From contig CDRNST010000007.1 in the NCBI GenBank assembly GCA_977016875.1, positions 3,162,001 through 3,226,000 on the forward strand: a DNA stretch of 64,000 nt, written 5' to 3'. This stretch comes from Pavona decussata. Lineage: Eukaryota. This document shows positions 1-10,071 of this stretch, one piece after another; positions within the stretch are counted from its first letter, which is position 1; every line of letters begins with the position of its first letter. The translations under genes were made by a program, and so were the position numbers. The notes beneath the pieces are model-generated. The model was not told the origin of the DNA, made no database searches, and worked only from the letters and a program-made list of their open reading frames with translations.

Positions 1-34
1 AACCTCTGTTTGAAAGAATACAATTTCAAGAAAG

Positions 35-439
35 ATGGAAGACCCTACCGTGATCATGTCAAATCTTTCTAGCCTATACAAACCGCTCATAGGAGCAAGG
101 TTCACTGCCACGTACCAAGGAACTTGGGAGATGCCTCAAACGGGAAACGTAAGAGATCGTTTAGAGATAGCAGCAGGGAACCCTTTCGCCGCAACACTAA
201 AGCAAATTTCAAGCGCTGTGTTGGCACTGAATTATGGTGCAAGGGTATGGAAAGGAATCACGGGGCCTGAGGATAGTGATGCCTTTACTGATTACTGGCT
301 GTGGGTAGAACCTGGATTCAGTGGAAACCTACTGGTGGGGTTCCAGGCTTATAATTTCAGCATAGTGAGTGCTGACGTCTTCCTGTGTGCCGGTGGCACA
401 TTTTCCTATGGAGTCAATCTGAAGGCTGCCGTCCACTAG
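35..439 (+). CDS. Intronless 134-aa protein of unknown function, tandem paralog 1
   Basis: Clean ATG-TAG ORF. About 72% aa identical (93/129 by manual alignment) to the ORF at 2011-2400, with only in-frame indels. Leader (aacctctgtttgaaagaa) and trailer sequence are shared. No recognisable domain or signal peptide. Confidence 0.75.
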   Translation: MEDPTVIMSNLSSLYKPLIGARFTATYQGTWEMPQTGNVRDRLEIAAGNPFAATLKQISSAVLALNYGARVWKGITGPEDSDAFTDYWLWVEPGFSGNLLVGFQAYNFSIVSADVFLCAGGTFSYGVNLKAAVH

Positions 440-1809
440 GTGTGAAGATAATGATACTCTACCATTTTTTATTGACTGAACTCTGCATTAGATGCTAAAC
501 GGCTTTCATTGAAAAATAAGGCTTCCTGATTTGACTTTGAACAATCGCAACCTCTTCGTCAACTTCGTTCCATGGAAGGAATACAGAACGCAGCGAAGTG
601 GTGCCTTCCAACTGTAGACTGAACTGTCTTACTTTTAAGATTTAAAGTTTGCCTGTATCGAAAATTGGAATAGAAATCGTTTTTAGCTTTAGTTTAAAGT
701 TACAAAGAACACAAGGAAAGCAAATTCACGGATTTTGGGAAGGAGTAACAGAGCAAGGAGACGACTTGAAATCATGTCACGCTTTTATTATTTTAAGGAA
801 TGTTAACTTTTGTTTCGCAATTTATGTTCATGGATTTTCAAGCTAAAACTACAAGAGATAGCGGCCATTTTCTGATCGTCTTTCGGAAAATCGAAATTTG
901 CAGCCGAACTACCAAAAATGCCATCTGAACGGCGTGAAAGCTGAAGTTAAATGAAAGTTTAACTTGTTGCATGCACAGAATGCAAATTTTGAAATCACTT
1001 CTAGTTTCTAGTTCACACTGCATCGTGGTTTCTTTCTCAGTTTGTGTGTCTTGCCTGTCCGTAATTTTCTTTTCACGTTATCGTTGAAAAAACTCCTGGC
1101 CATATGTTAAAAAAGAGGAAAGTGTTAGGAAGTAGCAACCGATGACAAGGCCAATTTTGCCTTGCATCAGTTCTGAGGCAAACTTCGTAGGTTTTCTTTG
1201 TGTAAATCTTGCTAAATACATCTGATTACTCTCATTTTGGCATGGTTTTCTAGTTTTGTCCTTCACTGCATCAAGTGATTATAAGAAACGTTTTGGTTCC
1301 TTAAAATTGATAGCATCTAAAATGAACAAGGCGGAAAGTGCGTGTATGAATGCTTTAAGAGTAAAAGGGACGTCCATCAATCAATCACATTTAGAGTAAT
1401 GTTAATAGCAGAGATAGCAGATTAAAACAGTGATGTTCATTTATTTCACATAATGCCGTTTTCAGTTAGCAGTAAGGCAATAAAATTGTAGAGGTTTTCT
1501 TTAACATTTTCGTGTGAGGTTGGGCTTCCTCAGTTCTAGGAGAAACTGTATGTGAATTAACGAGGATTGGGGTTTCATTGTGAGCGGTTGATCTATCAAA
1601 ATTATTCATGTGGCATCTGAGCATATATTAACCTGATTTCAAAAGCTTGAAGAAAGTTACGGCAAATGAAACAAAACTCCACCTAGACCACCAGGTATGG
1701 GAGAAAAAGTAATGAGCAGGAAAATCCATGCAACTCCACCACCCCTCCCCCAACCCAATTAGCAATTTACATGGCTCTACTCCGAGCCACTCGTTTTCGG
1801 ATTCCTGGT

Positions 1810-1895
1810 GTGGTCACGTGATAAGGCAAACCTATATCGCACATGGTAAAGGCGTGAACCAATTAGCGATCGTTTCATGACTGACGTCACTACTT
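1810..1895 (+). promoter_or_regulatory. Putative proximal promoter of paralog 2
   Basis: GTCACGTGA E-box at 1813-1821, CCAAT at 1859-1863 and a perfect CRE TGACGTCA at 1882-1889, 120-200 bp upstream of the ATG. Confidence 0.45.
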
Positions 1896-2010
1896 CCTCT
1901 TTCTCTTTCTCTTTGAGAGACGCGTGTGGTGCGAACCAACAACTGAACTGCCGACGTTTTTTTGACTCTCGAAACCTCTGTTTGAAAGAATTTTGTCAAT
2001 TTCAAAAAAG

Positions 2011-2400
2011 ATGGCAGACCCTAACATGACAACTCTTTCTAACCTATACCAACCGCTCATAGGACAAAGGTTCGCTGCCTCGTACCAAAGAATTTCGGAG
2101 ATGCCTCAGACAGGAAACGAAAGACTTGCCTTAGAGATAGGAGCAGGGAGCCCTTTCGCCGCAACACTGCATCAAATTTCAAGCGCTGTGTTGGCACTGC
2201 AATATGGTGAAAGGGTATGGAAAGGCATCACTGGGCCTGAGGATGGCTATACTGATTACTGGCTCTGGGTAGAGCCCGGAGTCAGTGGAAATCTACTGGA
2301 GGGGACTACTTATGATTTCAGCATAGTGAGGGCTAACGTCTTCGAGTGCGACACTGACACATTTTCTTATGGAATAAGTCTGAAGGCTGTCGTCCACTAG
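2011..2400 (+). CDS. Intronless 129-aa protein of unknown function, tandem paralog 2
   Basis: ATG at 2011 (aagATGG) aligns with the paralog 1 start. Conserved blocks EMPQTGN, PFAATL.QISSAVLAL, RVWKGITGPED, TDYWLWVEPG, TFSYG..LKA.VH. Confidence 0.75.
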   Translation: MADPNMTTLSNLYQPLIGQRFAASYQRISEMPQTGNERLALEIGAGSPFAATLHQISSAVLALQYGERVWKGITGPEDGYTDYWLWVEPGVSGNLLEGTTYDFSIVRANVFECDTDTFSYGISLKAVVH

Positions 2401-3770
2401 TGGTATGAATATAATGACACTCTACCATTGTTTATTGACTGAACTCTGCATTTGTTGACATTGAAAAATTGCAAGATTTTGAGGAACGTTTTAATGAAGG
2501 ACTGCGTAAGTCTACAGAACATGGTCAAGTGCATGTGAGAGTGTTTCTACCTTCGCACGGTGTACAGTGGATAGTGCTACTTCTAAGATAAGTTTGACTG
2601 TGTCGAGAAGTAAAATGTTTAGCAGCTTTAGTTTAATTCAGTGTTATCTTTATTTTAAGGACACGGTTCAACTTTCATCGGCTAGCTTTCAGGTTCAGAA
2701 GAGATAGGAGCCCTATAAAGACAACTGGAGTTGCTATCGCTATGATAGGAGTAGGTTTTCATGGTACAAAATCTTTCAGTGTCTTTCACGTTCTCGGGCA
2801 AGGAACGGTTACCGTAGTTTCCTTGTATCGGTTTAATAAGGTTTCTCGCAAGAACACCTTAATTGCTCGTGTTGATCTAAAGTACTATGATCTCGCCGGT
2901 TACAAGCTTTGGTTCCTGAGGTGGTTTACTCGGCTCGAAAATAAGAAGAAATTATGAGTTCTTGAAAGCCAGGACTTGAAAGCTAGTCTAAGATCACTTA
3001 GCGCAGTATCTGAAGTAGTTTTTTGGGGGAAAATTTTAGGGTTTGGACATCCTAGATGCGCATTAGTTTCGGAGCTCTGAAATTTTGAAACCACATTTTT
3101 GAATAGTGAGATCCTGCATGAGTTCGCAAGCATCCCGCTTGTTCTTTTGCTCATTCCGAATTCTTTTATTAGGTAGCATTTGACTGCCTGCATAATTCTG
3201 AGTAAAAAGAGTAAATATTCTGTAGATCTTACAGCACGTTTGCGCTTGTTTACGCTTTTCCTTCTGGTGTGAGCGTCAAAGGAGGGGAATGAAATTCAAG
3301 CAAATTAATGCGGCCAATATTTTGCGAAAGCTTGTCGTTTCCCGGAAAACGACTGGAGGAGCGGTTACACAGTCATTTTATTTTTAATTACCCCCCCCCC
3401 CCTGCAATTTGTAGCCAAGCTACGAAAAAGACGTCGTTTGAACTGCATGAAAGCTAAAATTAACTAAAGGGTAATGTTTTTCCTTTTGCAATTTTCAGTT
3501 AAGGCATGCACAGAACGCAAATATTGTTATGCTTCTAGTTGCCTTAACAATTCACAATAACCCTAAGAATTTTAGTTTATTCTTCTTGTTCTTTTGAACT
3601 TTCTCTCCTTGTGTGTGATTTTTTTGTTTTTTTGCCTGTCCTTGACCTTGTTTTTGTTGATAAGGTTCCTGGCTTTATGATAACGAAAGAGGACATTTTA
3701 AGAAGTGGCAACCAGTGGCGAGGCCAATTTTTCCTTTGATCATTTCGACGACAATCTTCGTCGGTTTTCT

Positions 3771-4010
3771 TAACCTGAGTATCAGGCTTTTCAGGAAAGG
3801 ATGGAAAGACAATCCAACAAGCGAGTGACTCGGTGCATATGACTGCCTGTGTATTTTAGCGCTTTTTTTGTTTTTTTTTTACTCAGTTTGCTGGATTTAT
3901 TTTGCGTGTGACCTTCAATTCCCTCAGGAAACGTGGCCCCAACATTCCTTCCCTTACTCCCCCCCCCCCCCCTTTTCTACTTCCCTTGGGAAGGCCAGAT
4001 ATTCAGGTTA
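3771..4010. mobile_element. MITE inserted in duplicate copy 2
   Basis: TIRs taacctgagtatcaggc / gccagatattcaggtta. Imperfect 9-bp TSD cggttttct/acgttttct. Absent from the homologous site in copy 1 (~1190). Confidence 0.7.
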
Positions 4011-4972
4011 ACGTTTTCTCTGTGTAACTTTGTGTATAACTCTAGCCAACTCCATCTGATTGTTTTCATTTTGCCATGGTTTGTAAGATTTCCTCGTTTT
4101 GGGTCTTAAAAATTGGTGTCGTCAAAAACAAACAAGACGGGTGCTTCAGGAGATAACGGGACTTTCACCGGTCTTTGTCAGAGTGTAATGTTTATTGTTA
4201 ATACCGTATTAATACACTGACGTTCATTTGTTTCACGAAAAGCTGTTTTGCAGTTAACAGTAAGGCAATAAAAATGGTAGAGGTTTTCTCTATTTTTTTC
4301 GTGTGTGGTTGAGTTACCTCAGTTCTACAAGAAACTGTGTGTGAATAAACAAGGACTGGGATTGAATTGTGAAAGTTTGGCCTACCAAAATTATATGCAT
4401 GTGGCACCTGAGCATATGAATCTCATTTTAAAAGCTTCAGTTGTGCTAGAATTCTTTTGTTCAAATTATTAAGGATCAGTGTGGAAGGTAGACGAACGTA
4501 TTTAAAAAAGGAAATCGCCCTGAAACGTGCAACACACCTACACAAGAAGAGCACCATTGCGGCAAGATGAGCTGTTTCCATTTGGTTTTGTTTTCTGTTT
4601 TCTCCAACACAAACGCTGTACATTTCATGCGGTGTTTGCCCAATTTTCAATTTGGTGGATTTTACTGCAACAAGGTGAGGAAAAACTCTTAACTTTCTTA
4701 CTTCGTCCATTTTCTTTAATAAATTCTAACCCAGTCATTAAGGAGAAAATCAAAAAAATTCCTGAAATTTAGACTTTAAAATGAATTACGTGCCACACTC
4801 ATTCAATATAACAAATGCAAAAGACGTTCTTGCAGGAGGCCAACCAAACTCGTTATGGTGCTTGTCGTGATCTTACAAAACGCCATTCATCCACGGTAGT
4901 GGATAAAAGAATACAAATGTAATAATAATCATAACAAAATAAAAATGTTGTGCAAAGTAATTGTGGGTAGTG

Positions 4973-5072
4973 GGCGCATGCGCTGTGGACCTGTTCGTTT
5001 ATGGACACTCACTCTTACATGCCTGACGACATAGTGGATAGAACGCTATACAGTACACTAGCCACAAGAAAA
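4973..5072 (+). repeat. ~100-bp dispersed repeat, second copy at ~39868-39955
   Basis: Both loci share ggacctgtt...ctcactcttacatgcctga.gacatag...cactagccacaa. Confidence 0.7.
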
Positions 5073-6344
5073 GAGTGCTGGATGGATAATTGAGACCCGA
5101 TTTTCTGTTTTCAAGGAAAAAACTTCTATTTTTGCTATTGCAAAAAACACAAACCTCACAACAAAGTATTTATCATGATACTCTGTCTGTAGGGGGGAAT
5201 GTAGAGGTTTATTTGGACGGATTAACTTGCAGTGTTGTAAATGTATAGAAGACACATTTGCACATGCCAAGGTTCTCTTGTTATTACCCTTAAAACAATG
5301 AAAAACAATAGTAGCTATGACAATGATATGTGCATGTTGCAAGTAACTCCACCTACGAAAATGTATATATTTTTTCAATAATTATGCAAGTTTGAATTTC
5401 TGCACTCAAGGGAGGTTTAAGGTTTAAGGTTCAAATGTATATATATTTTGCCTGATTTCATAAGTCAGGAAAGTCCCAGACCATCAGGGATTCAGCTGAT
5501 TCCTGGCCATCCAAGATGTAACAGGGTCAGAAATGAGAAAATTTAGATGCAGAGAAAAGTTCGCCATTTTGTGTGTGCTTTTCTTGGACACCTAACTAAG
5601 TTTACTGAGGCTAAAGGGACTAAGCTGAACATATTGCTGACAATTTCCTGGACAGTCTAAATTTTTGTTATAATGAAGGAAATGATTGTTGACCATCGCA
5701 GAATCTTATCATCTGGGACATGTCCCTCATTTATCTCTGATCATAACAGATGGTACAGGTGCAGTGGAGTCAAATTTGATGTAAATTCCGGCTAAATTCA
5801 CTGGGAAATTGTGCAGCAAATTGAGTTTGTTTATACAAGAACGTGATCAAACAAAGCATCATGAGATCTTATTATGGGTCTGTTGAAAGATTATATAGCT
5901 GTCAATGGTGGCCTGTGGGGAAATGATCATCGCCCTTCGGCGATGTCAGAAAAGCGAAGCTTTTTGAATGAGGTACATGTATGAAGTGCCAAGAGAATAA
6001 AGACCAGTTATACGCCCACAGTCATTGATACATGCGGCTTGTGTCTTGGGGATAATCTTGCAACAGATACATAATAAGATGTCATAATGTTTTGTTCCAT
6101 CACGTTCTTGAGTTTAAATCAACAAACTCAATTTACAACGCAATTTCCCAGAGAATTTATCCGGAATTTACATCAAAATTATCTGACTCCTCTGCACCCT
6201 GTCCAGATGTCGGCTTTGTCTTAATGCTTTTGTGTCTACATAAGTTGGCAAAATCTGGGACGGTCCATAAACAGAGGAACCCCCAATAATTATCTGACAA
6301 TATTCCCCACATATAAAATAAAAGATGCGATTCTGCTGCCTTGT

Positions 6345-8440
6345 TCACAGCTTAGGTTGGTTAAAGCTTACTCTCCCACCTAAACAGCCCATAGAGAGAA
6401 GAGAATGTGTTGGTGAAAACTTGCAAGTCACCACAGCATGTTTGTGACTTATCAGTGTTTTCAAATCACAGAGTTCTGAGGGGGTGTTATGAACACATGA
6501 TGACAGTTCATCGCACTCTGAACTGAAACCCAGGATCCTCACAGAATTGCCAAATGGTGAGCAAATGATTCTTCCATCGCTGCTAAAGCAATGCTCCTTT
6601 ATGTAGCCTTTGGCCACGTTAGGCTCTTGTATGCTGTGTGTAAGACGTCTTGAAAGAGAACTGCTTGCTTCACCTAAAAAATAAATTGATAAATAAGGAA
6701 TTAATTATATGAAAGAGAGCCCTTTTAACCCTTTAAGCCCTAACAATGATTAGCAGTTTGTCAAAGTAAATCAAGGAATTGTAGGAAGTAGAGGAGCTAT
6801 GCTATTTCAAATTACCATGCTTCCACAAATGCAAGAAATGTCAGCTCTCTCACCAAATATTTATGTCCACTCCCCCAATGATACAGCACCACAGATTGTT
6901 TAGAAACTAACCCCCTTGCTGAAGGTCCATGGTGTAAACACATAGCAAAAATTGTACTTAAGTAACTCAGCTACCGTCCAAAGACCTTCATTTACAGAAA
7001 AAGTTTGATATGAACCAGACCACAGGCTTTCTTGGACTGCAAAGAGGGGAGAGGAGAGAGAGAGGTGTGAAGGGTGGGGGGGGGGGGGGGGGGGGGACAA
7101 AAATCCCTCTTTTAGAATGGATCTCCTCTGGAAGAAAGCAATTCAGGAAAATAAATGCAATGGAAATTTGGCTTGTTTATAAACCTTCATTTTTTAAAAG
7201 TGTTCTTAACTCTCTTTGCATTTTAATTGTTCGTGAGTTTGTGGTATTCATTCCCACCTAGTAGCATGTATGGAATCCAGAATACAAATTCCTGGAAATT
7301 AAGACAACTGATTCCTGCAATCTGCATGTCCCATGATACTCATTCATTGGTTTCACTATCTCATTATTTTCTGACATAAATGGCTTTTCTAATATAAAAG
7401 TCATTCATGCGGCTTTTGAACAAAACCAACTGTCTTCATACTTGAGAGCAACCCCTCCTCCCCTACTTACCACTTCTTGGTTCGGCAATATCCTGAATAT
7501 CATGAACCACAGTCCACTCATTCCTTGACTTCTTGCACGTATATCGCGCAAGAGTGCACCATCCATGCGGGTGCACTTCCAGCGATGAAATGCACCATGG
7601 ACTGCACTCTTCTGGGAAATCTTGAATAATTTCCAAAGCATTCCTTGCCTTACTTGGCCAGCGATGACTGGCAAAGCTAGTGAGGGAAGAATCTGTTGCA
7701 CCAAAGAAAGGGTAGTCATCGCCCTCTACATCAGATTGCAAGTGGTCAAGATCTAAGTTATGGACCACTAGTAAATGACCAGGAATTGCCGAGATGATCA
7801 GTTTGTTACCATCGGGGCAGATTTTCATGCGAATTAAATTTGAGAATTGCAGAACAACCTGACTATGGGCTCTCCCTTCGTTTGAGTATCTGTTGATGTC
7901 CCACGTCCGAACTGTATCATCAAAAGCTGACGTCACTAACAGCCCAGACGGCCTATGGTACTCTATACTTTTGACCCAATTCGAGTGACCCTCTAAACTC
8001 AGAACCTTATTTTTTAGGTTTCTGGAGTCCCACAGAGCTAGAGTAGTATCATCAGAGCAAGTGACGAAGCTTCTACTGTCCAAGAACCGCACACAGTTGA
8101 CGCAATCACCATGAGCTTCGCGTATGGACTTAATCAGTCTGTGACTGAGTGGATCAAATAAAAGCAAGCTATGTCTTTCACACGCTGCCACTAGAAGATC
8201 TCCCAATGGAGAAAACTCCACGTTAAAAATCGCCCCGTGTCCACCACTTTTTGGTTCATCGTCAGGATCCCATATTTTTTTCAGCGAGAAATGTTTATAA
8301 TACTTGGAGAAGACGGTGTCGCTTGCCATATGCATTCTATGGATTTCCCGATGTTGGAGGTACGAAAGCGAGCTCCATGTTTTGGAGCTTCGCCAGCTCG
8401 CTTTGTTGCCGACAGCTGTGTCAGGTTTTGACTCTCCCAT
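6345..8440 (-). CDS. DCAF10: DDB1- and CUL4-associated factor 10 (WDR32)-like WD40 protein, 432 aa; exons 8440-7471, 6673-6345
   Basis: WD40 repeats (HGAIFNVEFSP, AHGDCVNCVRFLDSRSFVTCSDDT, GHSNWVKSIEY) and the DCAF10-type C-terminus GYIKEHCFSSDGRIICSPFG...FNQPKL. Phase-1 intron GTAAGT...TAG. A further upstream exon is not excluded. Confidence 0.9.
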
Positions 8441-8855
8441 GCAATGGAAAACGAAATCTTCTCCTCAGTGAACGGAAATTAAAAATAAATGCAGGTTTTA
8501 CATCACCGTCGTTGTTTTTCAACAACCTTAATTGCTGGACTCCCCTGCAAACGTGGCAGACTGGGACGACTGAAACCAATTTTTTACCAGTCCCTCTCCA
8601 AACAGGTGAGGGTATATGGAGTCCCCCTCCCCCCAGGGGGCTGTCTTGGGTGGGTATGTGCCGCCCGGATCTCAAAAATTTTGGAGCCGTTATTAAGTAG
8701 AAGGAATTTGCTCTCAAAATGATACCCCGTTCTCGGAAAAAGATTAATTTAAATACCCCGTTTTAGAAATTGTGGAATAATTCCAAATGACTACTGATAT
8801 TAAAATTTGAGCTTTCTTCAAAACATTATGCCCCAGTCTAAGAAACGTCTCTTAA

Positions 8856-9036
8856 TCCTTTAATCCCTAATAGTGGATCAGCATCAAATTTTTCCTGAGG
8901 TCATGAGAATTAAGAATTTGATCACCCAAGGTGAATTTTCTTGATATTTTTGTAACTTCCCCTCAGTAAATTTATATTGAAAGTATGAAGGGAAGATAGG
9001 AGAATTTGTTCTTTGTTGTTAGGTGGGGTTAAAGGG
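8856..9036. mobile_element. piggyBac-like MITE (degenerate)
   Basis: ttaa-tcctttaa...ttaaaggg-ttaa termini. Internal sequence homologous to the copy at 49288-49498. Confidence 0.65.
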
Positions 9037-9484
9037 TTAATTGGATACCCTGATCTAGATCAGGAGTCCCAAAATCATGACCCCATTGGACATGCGGGTG
9101 GCACATACCCATATAGGTATTTTTGGGGAGTAAGTACACTTCCCCCCTCCCCCCCTCCCAAATGTCCTCCCTAGCGTGGAGCCCTGTAACCGCTGATTTT
9201 TTATCTTGGAACCCTGCACTCTTCATCCCGGTATTTTTTTTTATCAGTTTGAGGCCATCCATTAAAACATTTCTAAAAAATTGCAATGTAGATTTGTTGA
9301 ATTGCTTAGATTTCAACCATGTATAATCAATAAATCATTTGTTTAATTTCTACTGTTTATTGGGCATTTAGCTCAGAGACAATTATTAGAAATTACCCAT
9401 AACTCATTGTGGGTGCAGCATTTTAGTAGAAACAATTTAAATGACATGCAAAATACAGGAAAGAAATGTTCACTGTAAGCTCTC

Positions 9485-9686
9485 TAGCCTGCAATGCAGG
9501 CGTATTTTTGGAGCGGGAGCGCTGAATAATCCTTCGTTGCTGTCATCTTAGGCGAGGAAGCACGAGAGGGCTGGAGCGAGTCAAAAGTGACCCTAAGGGA
9601 GAGGACGACTGGCAGCCTCCTTCAAATACGTGACCTAAATTTATTATTCAGCGCTCGCCCATGAAAAACGCCTGCACTGCAGGCTA
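9485..9686. mobile_element. MITE with TAG...CTA termini and 9-bp TSD
   Basis: TIRs tagcctgcaatgcaggcgt / acgcctgcactgcaggcta. Perfect TSD taagctctc at 9476-9484 and 9687-9695. Confidence 0.85.
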
Positions 9687-10071
9687 TAAGCTCTCAAGCA
9701 TAAATTTTAACAAAGGGACCACTCGTTGCCTAGTGAGAACATGAAAATATTATGATAGATGGTACTTTTAATAATTAAATATACATCAATTATTAATGTG
9801 CGTGACTGTGTAGATGGGAAAGTGGTTTCCTTCCTCCTATGTATTGCATAGACAAAAAAGAAACATGCAAGCTTCTGTGACAAGTAGCTTTTGCCTTTAT
9901 ATGCATGTTTCCCTCAACTCAACCTCCCTGTGAAACTAAAATGTTTACCACTTAAGGAATATTTTTTTTACTGAAAACAGACAGCTTATGTACAAACTGT
10001 AATACACTTTATTATTATTTTTTTTTACAAATTTTTCACAAAGAATACTATTTACATTTGCTTTAATTTCA

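Larger units (their letters stand above)
1..4440 (+). repeat. Tandem segmental duplication (~1-1670 vs ~1973-4440) carrying the two orphan genes
   Basis: Downstream non-coding blocks align, e.g. 860-1330 with 3309-4140 and 1430-1650 with 4218-4440. Confidence 0.8.

Noticed and set aside
7075-7097. Poly-G/poly-C tracts here and at many other sites as functional G-quadruplexes
   Set aside because: Homopolymer runs are ubiquitous in this window and mostly tied to repeats; there is no specific evidence of function.
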